Below are positions 36,501 through 46,948 of a DNA stretch of 64,000 nt, piece after piece. Under the pieces are notes generated by a model. That model was given only the letters and a program-made list of their open reading frames with translations, was not told where the DNA came from and did no database searches. The stretch's first letter is position 1. Every line of letters begins with the position of its first letter. Position numbers and translations under genes: made by a program. The stretch covers positions 160,001 to 224,000 of the forward strand of contig CAWJTV010000015.1 of NCBI GenBank assembly GCA_963845755.1, in the 5' to 3' direction. Source of the stretch: an uncultured Planctomycetota bacterium (GTDB lineage: Bacteria; Planctomycetota; Planctomycetia; Isosphaerales; Isosphaeraceae).

Positions 36501-37346
36501 CGCCTGGTCCTTCCCCAGGATACCGGTCCCCAAGCCGGCTTCGCTAACGGCTCGTGCATGCTGATCCGCAATTTGCCACCACCTTATCCCAAGGAGATCC
36601 TCGGTGGGGACATGGTGCGCTTCCGTTCCTGGTGGGGTCGGTTTCGCGAGACCGAGGCGGGCCGGGACTACGCACGGCGAGCACGCGCTTACTCCGCGCT
36701 GGTCGCCGCCGATGGGACCTTCCGGATTGAAAATGTCGAGCCCGGCTCCTACGAGCTGAGATTCGGTGTCCCGCATATCCGGATTGGCGGGGAGGGGAGA
36801 GTCTGGACCACTCTGTCGGGGCAGGGGCAGCGCGTTGTTGACGTGCCCGAGATCCCAGCCGGGCGCACCGAGGAGCCGCTCGACCTGGGAGGTATCGAGC
36901 TGAAAGTCACGACCAACCGCACGCTCAAGGTCGGCGACATGGCTCCGCCGTTCACGATCAAGTCCCTCGACGGGAAGCCGCTCCGCCTGCTCGCTTATCG
37001 GAGCAAGTTTGTCTTGCTCGCCTTCTGGACGTCCTGGTCTGCCGACTGCCTGACCGAGATGTCTTATTTGAAGGACGTGCACGACGCCTTCGGGTCGGAC
37101 GCCCAATTCGTCCTGATCGGCCTGAGCCTCGACGCGAACGCCGATGCCCCGAGGCAGCTCGTCACCGCCAGGGGACTGAAGTCGGCGCAGGGCCATATCC
37201 CCACCGGTGATCTTTCCGAAGATTACGGCGTGTGGTGGGTCCCGCAGATCCTGCTGATCGGTCCCGACGGCAAGGTGATCGCCAGGGACCTCCGGGGCGA
37301 TCGAATCAAGCAGTCTGTCGCCAAGGCCCTCGGACGGGAACCGTGA
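33551..37346 (+). CDS. ECF sigma factor fused via a TM helix to carboxypeptidase-regulatory-like repeats and a TlpA/redoxin domain (frameshifted near 35160)
   Basis: DAFQATFLILVRRA and GTVKSRLARGR; GTVxDxxGxP repeats; VGDMAPPF...FWTSWSADC...LIGPDGKV. Confidence 0.85.
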
Positions 37347-37396
37347 GAGGCGCGCCGCGATCGAGTCGGAGCGAGTCATCGTTCTCCTGGCCAACA

Positions 37397-38238
37397 TCAC
37401 GTCGCTTTTCGCACCGCGAAGTAACGCTCCCAGAGCCGACGGATTTGCCGCAGGTGGCTCATGTGGTCGGGTCCGTCGGTCCCGGCGAAGCCGAGGACGA
37501 CGAAGCGACCCTTCGCAAAGGCGCGGGTCTGAGTCCAGCCTGTGGCCCAGTCGACCTTCACCGGATCGGCTCGACCGGCCACGGCGTCGATCAGGAAGTC
37601 GGCGGTCTCGGCTGTGCTCGCATAGCCCTCGGGTATGAGGGCCGAGTGGGTCACCAGGAACGTCTTGCGGCCGGCGGCGGCTTCGAGGGCAAACCGGCGG
37701 AAACCGTCCATCAAGGCCGGGTCCACCTTGTGGTCCTTCGGGTCGCCGGTGTAGCCGCAATAGATCGAGTCGGCCATGATCAGGCCATCGATCCGGTCGA
37801 AGTGCTCGGGCACCTTGAGCAGGGCGCGCACCCCGCCGAACCCCGCGCTGAAGGAACTGACCACGATGCGGCCAATTCTCGGTTCGTCCGCCACTTTCTG
37901 GTCCTTCAGAACGGATCGCGCAGTCGTCGAGCAATCGGGTGAAGAGCGTCGCGTCCGAGAACGGCTCAGCGTAGACGCGCGACAGACCTTTACGATTGAA
38001 CGCGATGAGCACGGCGGGCCATCGGGCATCCACCAGTGCCGGCTCGAGCACCGAAGGCGCACCGTGGAGATGCAGGACCACATCGACTACTCCACCCGTT
38101 CTGGGACGGTATCCCTCGGGGACGAAGAGCATCGCGCCCCTCGACGCCGAGCGGGACGCGACGGCCCGACGTAGACGGCTCCGGTCTCTGGTCCTGAAAG
38201 GCGAGGATCACGCCGACGGCCATACAGAGGAGTGTCAT
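37397..38238 (-). CDS. secreted alpha/beta-hydrolase-like hypothetical protein (frameshifted)
   Basis: VLHLHG, VSSFSAGFGGVR, MADSIY and DHMSH. Confidence 0.65.
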
Positions 38239-38245
38239 GTCGGAG

Positions 38246-38273
38246 GGATGAAGGATGAAGGACGAAGGATGAA
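38246..38273 (+). repeat. heptamer tandem repeat GGATGAA x4
   Basis: ggatgaa ggatgaa ggacgaa ggatgaa. Confidence 0.8.
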
Positions 38274-38470
38274 TCATGCCGAAGATCGTCATTGCAGGGA
38301 ACCTCTCTGGGAAGGATGAAGGCTAGGAGGGCCCGGTCGAGAGGTCATCATAGTCCGACAGGGCCGCCGCCGGACAGACTCGAACTCGATGGGGAACGTT
38401 GAGTTCTTTGCGCAACGGTCAGTAAGATAGGCGGAAAATGCCTCGTCCTCTCCGAGACAGGGAGTAGCCC

Positions 38471-39238
38471 GTGCCTGATCCGTCCTCCAAGCCGGAATCG
38501 AAGTCACCCGGACCTCGGTCGGCGTCCGGGTCGCCTGCGTCGTCACAGGCACCGAAACCGGCCGCGGCGCCATCCGCTCCGCCGCGGTCCGCGCCGGTCC
38601 GCTCCGCCGCGACGGTACCCGTGAACAATGCCCCCGGCGACCTCCCGATCAGCGTGGCCATCGCGGCAGGTTCCGGGGAGCCCGGCACGGTCACGGCGCG
38701 GAAGGCCGGCGGCCTGCGCGACATGGCCCTGCAAGTGAACCCACGGAACGCCGGCGTCAAGGCGTCGCTCCAACACCTGGCCAAGGCCGTCAACATCGCG
38801 TTTCAGACGGACTTCGGCGAGAACTACCTCGAATCGGTCTACCAGGCGGCGATCGTCCGGCGCGGCGAGGTCCACATCATCCACAAAGAATACTTCGGGT
38901 TTGGCGACAACTGGTTCAGTCAGTTCGGCCGGTTGATCCGTTCGATGCAATTGACGCTCGAAGGACCCGACCCGGCCTCTCCGGAAGGCCAGAAACTGAT
39001 CGCCGAGAAAGGTCCTTCGTCGATCCGCGGCATCTTCAACCTGATCGGCCGCAAGCTCGACCTGGTCGCCGAATATGAAGACCGCGTCCCGGCCTACGTC
39101 GAACAGATGTTCGACCGGCTCGAAGCGTCCGGCATCATCCTCGGCTGGGACCGCAATGATTGGGAGATCTGGACGACCCAGATTGGCCTCGATATCCGGA
39201 TCGCTCCCAAGGCGGAAGGCGCGGTCGAACTCTCGTAG
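38471..39238 (+). CDS. hypothetical protein with Pro/Ser/Ala-rich N-terminus
   Basis: 255-aa ORF with genome-typical codon usage; GGGAG RBS before GTG. Confidence 0.7.
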   Translation: MPDPSSKPESKSPGPRSASGSPASSQAPKPAAAPSAPPRSAPVRSAATVPVNNAPGDLPISVAIAAGSGEPGTVTARKAGGLRDMALQVNPRNAGVKASLQHLAKAVNIAFQTDFGENYLESVYQAAIVRRGEVHIIHKEYFGFGDNWFSQFGRLIRSMQLTLEGPDPASPEGQKLIAEKGPSSIRGIFNLIGRKLDLVAEYEDRVPAYVEQMFDRLEASGIILGWDRNDWEIWTTQIGLDIRIAPKAEGAVELS

Positions 39239-39294
39239 CGTGCTCTGTGAGCCACGGATCCTCGTGTCGATAACGATCCTATAACGGATCCTGG

Positions 39295-40233
39295 ATGCCC
39301 GAAACGCGATCTTCGACAACGCACCCGCCTTGGCGCGGAGACCCGATTCCGATCGCGGTGGTCCTGGCTCTGCTCGGCGGCCTCGCGGCCTCGGCTTCCG
39401 AGCCGGTCCGGCTCACCGGGGACGGTGCTCGGAAGATGGCCCCGACGTTCATCGACGGCGGCCAAACCCTTGTGTTCGCGACGCACGAACGACCGAACCT
39501 GGTGTCCCTCGTGCAGGTTTCGTGTCGTGATGGGACACGCGAGCGCGTGCTGCCCAAGGTCGTCAACCACCAGCTCGACCCAGCATTCTCGTCGGACGGC
39601 CGCTTCCTCGCCTATTCCCGGACGGCGACCAGTCCCCACAGCGATCTGATCATCCGCGACCGTCGCGAGCAACGTGAAGTGACGTTCCGCCCCCAGGATT
39701 CGCGCCAACCGTTCGATATCCCTGCTTCGCGCCCGATGGCTCCCGCGTGGTCTTCAGCGTCTCCGACGTCGGCGGTCAACAGGTCGCAACCGTCAACCGG
39801 AAGGGTCAGGGGTTCACGGTGCTCGCTCCCTCGGGGGGCATCAGCGGTTGGCCGGCCTACTCGCCCAGCGGGAGGGCGATCGCCTTCTCCTCCAGCCGAG
39901 ACGGCGACCTGGAACTCTACGTGATGGATGCCGATGGCAATCACCTCCGGCGCCTCACTCGCAGCCTCGGCCGCGACGTGCGGCCCGCCTGGTCGCCGGA
40001 CGGTAACCGGATCGCGTTTACCAGCAGCCGCGATGGCGATGAGGAGATCTACGTTATCGACGTCGACGGCGCACATCCGCGGAACCTGACCCGCCATCCC
40101 GGACGCGATAGCGACCCCGGCCTGGCACCCCGATGGACGTCGACTCGCCTTCGTGTCGGATCGCGATGGGCAGTCAGATATCTATCTGATTGAAGTCGTG
40201 CCGGCAGCGCCGGACACACCTCGCTCGCCCTGA
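39295..40233 (+). CDS. TolB-like PD40 beta-propeller protein (frameshifted)
   Basis: Repeated PAWSPDG..IAFxSxRDG...IY motifs. Confidence 0.85.
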
Positions 40234-40483
40234 GGAGCCGCTTCGTCCATGCTATCTCGCAGTCCATGGGATTCCCGAACGCGATAAGTATGGTCATGTG
40301 AATACGTGAAGTCTCATATGGATCGACCCTGGATTCGGACGTTCCGGACGGTCAACCGGCTCCCTGTGTCCGATCAAGCAGCGGTTTACCCCGAGCCGCG
40401 GAATCAGTAGCATCGAAGGAAAGGTCGCCTGACAAGCGGCTGCCGTATCGACGCTTCAATCGACCTGGATCGCGAGTCGGGAA

Positions 40484-41050
40484 ATGGTCGGAGTGACCCC
40501 GGAACAGGCCCGTGATTTCTACCGCGCCGCGGCGAACTTCCATCGCCAGGAGCCCTGGCGATCGGTCACTTCGAGCGAGACCATCAGGGTGGATTGCGTG
40601 CAACTGGGGGGCGGTCCCTGGTACGCAGTTGTCTTGGGGAAAGAGAGCCGCCTCAGGGGATTGATGCTGTTCGATGTCCAGGAGAGCCCCCTGTTAATCG
40701 GACGCGCCGACTGCGCGACGATCGCCGACCGGCTTCGGAATATCGGTGTCCATTTCGAGGATCGGAAGCAGGTGCGTCCGGAGGAGCTGGCGGCGATCCG
40801 TCGGCACGGGTTTGAGGTGGCCGGTCCGGGTGCCTACCCGCAGTCATTTCGCATGGAACAGCGCCGACGATTCCGATCGCCGGTCGCCTGGGAACTGGAA
40901 CTGCTCGAGGCCTGCCTCTGGACGATCCCCGACTTCCTCGAGCGCGCCAAGGACCGCGCGCCCGATGTCCTGGAATATGCCTTCAAGGGGATGATCGGTC
41001 GGATGACGTTCGATCTCTCGTGGGTCTCTCGGAAAGCTTCGGAAGGATGA
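40484..41050 (+). CDS. hypothetical protein
   Basis: 188-aa ORF; FYRAAANF..QEPW ... WELELLEACL. Confidence 0.65.
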   Translation: MVGVTPEQARDFYRAAANFHRQEPWRSVTSSETIRVDCVQLGGGPWYAVVLGKESRLRGLMLFDVQESPLLIGRADCATIADRLRNIGVHFEDRKQVRPEELAAIRRHGFEVAGPGAYPQSFRMEQRRRFRSPVAWELELLEACLWTIPDFLERAKDRAPDVLEYAFKGMIGRMTFDLSWVSRKASEG

Positions 41051-41066
41051 AGGAGGAGCGCGTGCC

Positions 41067-41705
41067 ATGTCCGAGATTCGAGCGTTGTGGATTGAGGTCG
41101 AGGGAGGGAAAGTCCACTATCGGGTCACGGGGCAAGAGAGCGGCCGACCGGTCGTCCTGCTCCATGGAGCCAGCTTCACGTCGGCGACCTGGGAAGAAAT
41201 TGGCACGTTGGAAGCACTGGCCCAGGCCGGTTATCGCGTCTATGCCTTGGACCTGCCGGGCTTCGGCCAGTCGTCGCCATCGCACGGTTCGGCCCGCACC
41301 TGGCTGAGGATCCTTCTCGACCTGCTGAAGATCGACCGCCCCGTGATTGTCTCGCCGTCGATGAGCGGGCGCTTCTCGCTCCCATTGGTTACCGAGGACC
41401 CCGATCGCGTCTCGGGCTTCGTGGCGGTCGCACCCGTGGGAATTACGAGCTTCGCCAATCAGCTCTATCGGATCTCCGCGCCGGTGCTGGCGATCTGGGG
41501 CCAGAAGGATACCCTCATCCCCCAGGAACAGGCCGATCTGCTGGTGCGGGCCGTCCGGGTCGGCCGCAAGGTCGTCATCCGCGGCGGCAGCCATGCACCC
41601 TACGTGAGCGACCTAAAGACCTTCCACGCGAGATTGCTCGAGTTCCTGGGCGGCCTGCCCGGGAAGGTCAACCATCCCGATCCCGGCCGGCGCCCTGCTC
41701 ATTAA
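41067..41705 (+). CDS. alpha/beta fold hydrolase (ABHD14-like)
   Basis: VLLHGASF, DLPGFG, VSPSMSG and GGSHAPY. Confidence 0.88.
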   Translation: MSEIRALWIEVEGGKVHYRVTGQESGRPVVLLHGASFTSATWEEIGTLEALAQAGYRVYALDLPGFGQSSPSHGSARTWLRILLDLLKIDRPVIVSPSMSGRFSLPLVTEDPDRVSGFVAVAPVGITSFANQLYRISAPVLAIWGQKDTLIPQEQADLLVRAVRVGRKVVIRGGSHAPYVSDLKTFHARLLEFLGGLPGKVNHPDPGRRPAH

Positions 41706-41820
41706 TCCGGCTACTTTCGATGGCCTTGACCGCCTCGCTCGGTCGTCTAACACTGAAGAGGGTGTCTGGACCTTTCGCGTTTCCATCCTCATGCGCTCTG
41801 GGAGCCGGGAAGTGATCGCC

Positions 41821-42522
41821 ATGCAGCCGCTGTGGGTCGTGACTGCCGGGACGCTAGGGCTCGTTCTCGGAGTGGCCTCGTACGGCGACGAGCAGGAGAT
41901 CAAGTTCTCCGACTGCCCCGCCGCCGTGAGGAAGACGTTTGAATCCGAAGGACACGGGGCGAAGATCAAGACCGTCATGAAGGAGACGGATGAAGATAAC
42001 GAGACGATCTACTGGGCCGACGTGACCGTCAAGGGCAAGATGTATGCGGTCGGCGTCCTGGAGGACGGCACACTGACCGAGATGAACCTGGCTCTCGACG
42101 CGGAAGAGCACCCGTTCGACCGTTGCCCGGCGCCTGTCCAGGCGACGTTGCGTCATGAGGCGTTCGGCCAGAAAGTGGGCGACGTCGGCAAGGATATCAA
42201 GTACGGCGTGACGATCTACCAGACCGTCGTCGTTTACCGAGGCAAGTCGTACGAGATCGTGGTCGCCGAAGATGGGACCCTGGTGGAAAAAGTCCTGGTG
42301 ATCGAGGACGAGGAGGTCGAGGTGGACAAGTGCCCCACCGCCGTGCAGGCCACCCTGCGCGCCCACGCCGAGGGCGGGACCATCGGCGAGATTACTCGCG
42401 CCACCGGCATCGGTCAACCCACGTTCGAGGCCGAGATCAAGATCAAGTCCAAGGTCTACCTGGTCGAGATCGCCGAGAGTGGACTCTTGATCTCCAAGTC
42501 GCTCGAGGCCGGCGAGGAATGA
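41821..42522 (+). CDS. secreted PepSY-like repeat protein (three repeats)
   Basis: CPxxV repeated three times, each followed by Y....EDGTL-type endings. Confidence 0.75.
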   Translation: MQPLWVVTAGTLGLVLGVASYGDEQEIKFSDCPAAVRKTFESEGHGAKIKTVMKETDEDNETIYWADVTVKGKMYAVGVLEDGTLTEMNLALDAEEHPFDRCPAPVQATLRHEAFGQKVGDVGKDIKYGVTIYQTVVVYRGKSYEIVVAEDGTLVEKVLVIEDEEVEVDKCPTAVQATLRAHAEGGTIGEITRATGIGQPTFEAEIKIKSKVYLVEIAESGLLISKSLEAGEE

Positions 42523-42563
42523 AGACAACTCGGCCCGAAGGCCTTCGAGGTTCCCGCCGCCCG

Positions 42564-43511
42564 CTATCGGATCGAAAGCGCGACGTTCAGCTCCTGGATC
42601 GCTCGCTGGATGTGTCCGCCCACCCAGGCGTGTCCTGATGTATTGGTCCCCTGGTTATTGAGCTGCATATTGATTCCCTGCAAGGTGCGGAGGGCCTGAC
42701 TCATCCGGGCGTCGGATTGGGCCTGGGGCATGCGGCTGAGCTTGGACGTACGGCCACCGGCCCCTAAACCGGCTCGTCCCATCCCCATGCCCCGTCCGCT
42801 ATTCATGCCGGACGCGAAGCCCACGCCGTTATACACCATCGACCGGTGGGTGAGCTGTCGGATGGCCATCGAGATCGCATGCATCGCCCGCGCTCGGTGC
42901 CCCGCGTAGTCGTGATCGATCCGCGCGAGGTTCGCGTGGACAGATCGCAACCGGCCGATCAGTGCGCGGTTGTAGCCCTGGGACCGGCCGTAACCGTAGC
43001 CCCGTCCATAAGAACGGTTGCGGTAGCCCGACCCGTAGCCGTAGGCGCGGTAGCCGCGAGCATTGTTCCCCATCCCATAGGTATAACGGTTTGGGGCAAG
43101 GCTGCTGGCCGTGGTACCCGTCGTGTTCGCGACGCTGGTCCTGCTCGCATTGAGGGTGCCCGTGGTGGCCTGCCGCCGTGCCGCCGCCGTCGCAAGGTTG
43201 GTATAAGACTGTGCGTGAATTGAACGCGTCTGAGCGTTAGTCGCGCGAGCTTGCGTATTGTACGCCGGGGCCTGCGCGTTGCCGACTCGCGTCTGCGCCC
43301 GAGCGCCGTTGCGCGCGCACGGGGCCATCGCGCGAGGCATTCGCGGTGCCTTGTAGGACTGTCGGGGCGCATTAACATGCGGAGCCCGTTCGACCCGGCC
43401 CCCCGAATGGCCGCCCCGCGACTTCTGGGCGTTGGCCTCTGGAAAGGCCAGCAGAGCAAACAGTAGCGCCACCGGCAACAGCCCGCGAATCCGGCTCGAT
43501 TGTGTGTTCAT
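42564..43511 (-). CDS. secreted low-complexity (G/Y/R-rich) hypothetical protein
   Basis: Signal peptide; YGYG repeats; DHDYAGHRARA motif. Confidence 0.7.
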   Translation of the reverse strand: MNTQSSRIRGLLPVALLFALLAFPEANAQKSRGGHSGGRVERAPHVNAPRQSYKAPRMPRAMAPCARNGARAQTRVGNAQAPAYNTQARATNAQTRSIHAQSYTNLATAAARRQATTGTLNASRTSVANTTGTTASSLAPNRYTYGMGNNARGYRAYGYGSGYRNRSYGRGYGYGRSQGYNRALIGRLRSVHANLARIDHDYAGHRARAMHAISMAIRQLTHRSMVYNGVGFASGMNSGRGMGMGRAGLGAGGRTSKLSRMPQAQSDARMSQALRTLQGINMQLNNQGTNTSGHAWVGGHIQRAIQELNVALSIR

Positions 43512-43721
43512 GGGAATCGTCCCAACTTTTTGTGACGCCCGAACGGTCCCGGAGGGCCCCCGCCTGACTGCCGCGCATCTCACTGGGACCGCGTTCTTCC
43601 CTCGTCTTGTACCGTGGCGGCACCTGAAGTATCTAACCCTCGAACCGGCCTGCGGTTTCGCCAGGACGCTCCACAGACGGCCCGAATCAGCCCGAGATTG
43701 GGCGGCGGATCCGGATGTCTC

Positions 43722-44048
43722 TCATCCTCCGCCGGCGATGGCGTTCAATCCCTTTCGAACCTCGTCGACCTCCGGTCGGGCCGATTGCTGGACGACCTGG
43801 CCATCCTTCAGGAAGACCAGGTTGGGCCAGATCTTCACTCGGAACGATCGCCCGAGCGGCTGGCCGGGACCGTCCTCGATTCGAATGTGGCGAATCCCCG
43901 GGTAGTCGCGCAGGAGCCCGGACAACTTGGGTGCCAGCGCCTTGCAGAACGGACACCAACTCGCGCCGAACTCCAGCAGGACCGGGCCTTGGGTCCGGTC
44001 GATCTCGTCTCGAGTGGGTTCGGTTTCCTGCGGGTCTTCTTCGGGCAT
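43722..44048 (-). CDS. thioredoxin family protein
   Basis: FGASWCPFC. Confidence 0.9.
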   Translation of the reverse strand: MPEEDPQETEPTRDEIDRTQGPVLLEFGASWCPFCKALAPKLSGLLRDYPGIRHIRIEDGPGQPLGRSFRVKIWPNLVFLKDGQVVQQSARPEVDEVRKGLNAIAGGG

Positions 44049-45476
44049 GGGATCTCTCCTCAGGACATTTCCGCCCTCGATCCTGGCCCAGCAGGCCCGT
44101 AAAGATCAAGGCCCGAATTCCTCGATCGTGGCGAATCACCCGGCAATCGCAACGGCGATTTCGCCGTGGTACGATCTGCGTTCGTACAATCCTCGTGCCA
44201 TATTGCGCATCCTGTGGACGCCCGATTCCCTTGAGGGATATTGCCGGGATCTCGTATTCGGAGTCCCATTCCGACTGGAGCACGCCGATGATGCCCGCCT
44301 GCACGCTGATCGCCGTCCTGGCGACCCTCTCGGCCGGGGCCATTCCCTCGGCTTCTGCGCCAACGGATAGGGCGCGGCCCAACATCGTGGTGATCCTCGC
44401 CGATGACCTCGGCTACTCCGACCTGGGTTGTTACGGCGGTGAGATCCGGACGCCTCACCTGGATGGTCTGGCCTCCCGTGGACTGCGATTCACTCAGTTT
44501 TACAACACGGCGCGGTGCTGGCCTTCGCGAGCTGCCATCCTCACGGGCTACTACGCTCAGGAAGTCCGACGCGACACCGTGCCGGGGGTCACCAGCGGGG
44601 GCAACGGCCGGCGTCCCGGCTGGGCGAAGCTGCTGCCGGAGCGGCTCCGGCCGCTCGGCTATCGGTCGTACCACTCGGGCAAATGGCACGTCAACGGCAT
44701 GCCGCTGGCCAACGGCTTCGACCGCTCCTACTACCTCCAGGATACCGGGCGCCACTTCCATCCGCACATACATTACGAGGACGATCAGAAGCTCCCGCCG
44801 GTCGAGCCCGGGAGCGGCTACTACACGACGACCGCCATCGCCCAGCACGCGACCGACTACCTCCGAGACCATGCGGCCAACCACAAAGCCCAGCCGTTCT
44901 TGCTCTATCTCGCCTTCACCGCACCGCATTTCCCCTTGCAAGCACCGTCGGAGGATATCGCCCGATACCGCGATCGGTATCGGGTCGGCTGGGAAGCCGT
45001 CCGCGCCGACCGGTGGAGGCGGATCCAGGAACTGGGCCTCGTTCGAGGGAAACTTTCGGACGTGGAGCGCGACGTCGGTCCCCCCTACCACTTCCCGGAT
45101 GCTCTCAAGGCACTCGGTCCCGACGAGGTCAACCGGCCCATGCCCTGGTCCGATCTGACTGAGGCGCAGCGCGGCTTCCAGGCGACGAAGATGGGCATTC
45201 ACGCCGCGATGGTCAACCGGATGGACCAGGAGATCGGCCGGGTCCTGGATCAACTCCGCGCGATGGGTGCCCGGGAGAACACGCTCATTCTTTTCCTGTC
45301 CGACAATGGTGCCAGTGCGGAGATCATGGTCCGCGACGACGGCCACGACCCGTCGGCGCCACCGGGCTCGGCCAGGTCGCACCTCTGCCTCGGTCCGGGC
45401 TGGTCGACCGTCGCCAATACCCCATTCCGTCGTCATAAGACCTGGGTGCACGAAGGGGGAATCGCGACCCCCTTAA

Positions 45477-46386
45477 GAGCGCTCGGAAAAAATGAGTTCA
45501 CTGGCCCAGGAGCCTCAAACAGATCAAGGAACATGCTAACTTGAGGAACGCGTCTTGAATCTCGGTGAGCCGATCCAAACGGCGGCGCAGCCGGCCGAAG
45601 GAGTGCAGCCACGCGATGGTCCGCTCTACGTACCAGCGGGACTTGCCCAAACCGCTGCCGTGCTCCGTATTGCGGGCCGCCAGCACCGGCGTGGTCCCCC
45701 GGCCGCGCAAACCCTGCCGCACCGGTTCCGAGTCGTAGCCCCGATCCCCCTGCAAGCGGTCGGGCTTCTGCCGCTTCGGCCCCGGCTTGCCGCCCACCGG
45801 CGGCATGTCGTCGAGCGTCGTGAAGACCTGGGTGATCTCGGGGACGTTGGCGGCGGTCACCGTCGCCGCCAGCGGCACGCCTTGGGCGTCGGTCATCACG
45901 TGGTGCTTGCTGCCGGATTTGCTCCGGTCCGTCGGATTCGGGCCGGTATCCTCGCCCCCTTCCGGGGCCTTGGCGAAGGAGGCGTCGATCAGCGCCCGCT
46001 CCCAGTCGATCGCGTCAGCGCCGTTGCAGCTCGGCCAGCAAGACGGCGTGCAACTGGCGCCAGACACCGGCCTGCTGCCACGCCTGCAGGTAGGACCGGC
46101 AGGTCTTGCCGCAGCCGCAGCCGAGGTCGGCGGGCAAGTCGTCCCAGGCGATGCCGGTCTTGAGCACGAACAAGATGCCGGTGAGGATCTTGCGGTAGTC
46201 CAGGGGTTTGCGTCCCGGGAAGCGGAAGCGGCGCGGAGGCGGGGGTGGCAGCAAGGGCTCCAGGCGCTTGCCACAGCGCATCGGAGACAAGGGGTTTCAT
46301 GGTGGTCCTCCTTCGGTTCGGGAGATCACTCTCCGAAGGACTCAAGAGCAGACAGCGTGCCAGTGGATTCATTTTTTCCGACGCTC
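45477..46386 (-). mobile_element. IS5-family insertion sequence (~910 bp)
   Basis: Terminal IRs GAGCGCTCGGAAAAAATGAGTTCACTGGC / GCCAGTGGATTCATTTTTTCCGACGCTC; TTAA (or TA) duplicated at 45473-45476 and 46387-46390. Confidence 0.92.
45498..46300 (-). CDS. IS5-family transposase (frameshifted)
   Basis: LVSDALW, GILFVLKTGIAW, IDAS, GSKHH, GDRGYDS and RWYVERTIAW. Confidence 0.9.
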
Positions 46387-46948
46387 TTAATCGTCCAGTG
46401 GACCGAAGGGATCACCGCGCGCGGCGAGCTTCGCCACAATCCGGGCCATGTCATCGACCTCCTGCCAACGATACTGGAAGTGGCCGGCGGATCTCGCGTC
46501 GAGTCTGACGATCTCCCGGGTATCCCCGTGCGTCCTGGCAAGAGCCTTGTTCCGGCCTTCGCCCACGACGGCACGGTCCGGCACGACGCACTATGGTGGG
46601 CCCACGAAGGGAATCGCGCGATCCGCGTGGGCGACTGGAAGCTCGTGGCGGCCGGTCAGGACGGGCCCTGGGAACTCTACGACCTCGCCACCGACCGTAC
46701 CGAGACCCGCAACCTCGCGCGGCAGCATCCTGAAAAAGTCCGTGAACTGGCCCAGCACTGGCAGCGCCTGTGGGACGAGTTCGCCGCGATCGCTTGTAAG
46801 TAACGTCTTACGAACCCATTCAGGCTCCGCGCTCTGGCGGAGCGTGCAAGAATTGTTTAACATTCGCGAAGTTCTCCCAGGTTGACGTCGGGACCACGGC
46901 GGCCGGCTGGTGTGATTGTGATGTCGGGAATGGGCTGGAGGCTTCGGT

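Larger units (their letters stand above)
44288..46803 (+). pseudogene. arylsulfatase interrupted by an IS5-family element
   Basis: PNIVVILADDLG, CWPSRA, GKWH and HEGGIATP|LIVQW; the frame is restored exactly when the IS is removed. Confidence 0.9.

Noticed and set aside
35964..38132. 722-aa minus-strand ORF
   Set aside because: Only its first ~70 aa belong to the frameshifted hydrolase; the rest is off-frame or antisense to the sigma fusion
45498..46300. Programmed frameshift in the IS5 transposase
   Set aside because: Two shifts with no clear slippery A-run; indistinguishable from the window-wide indel errors
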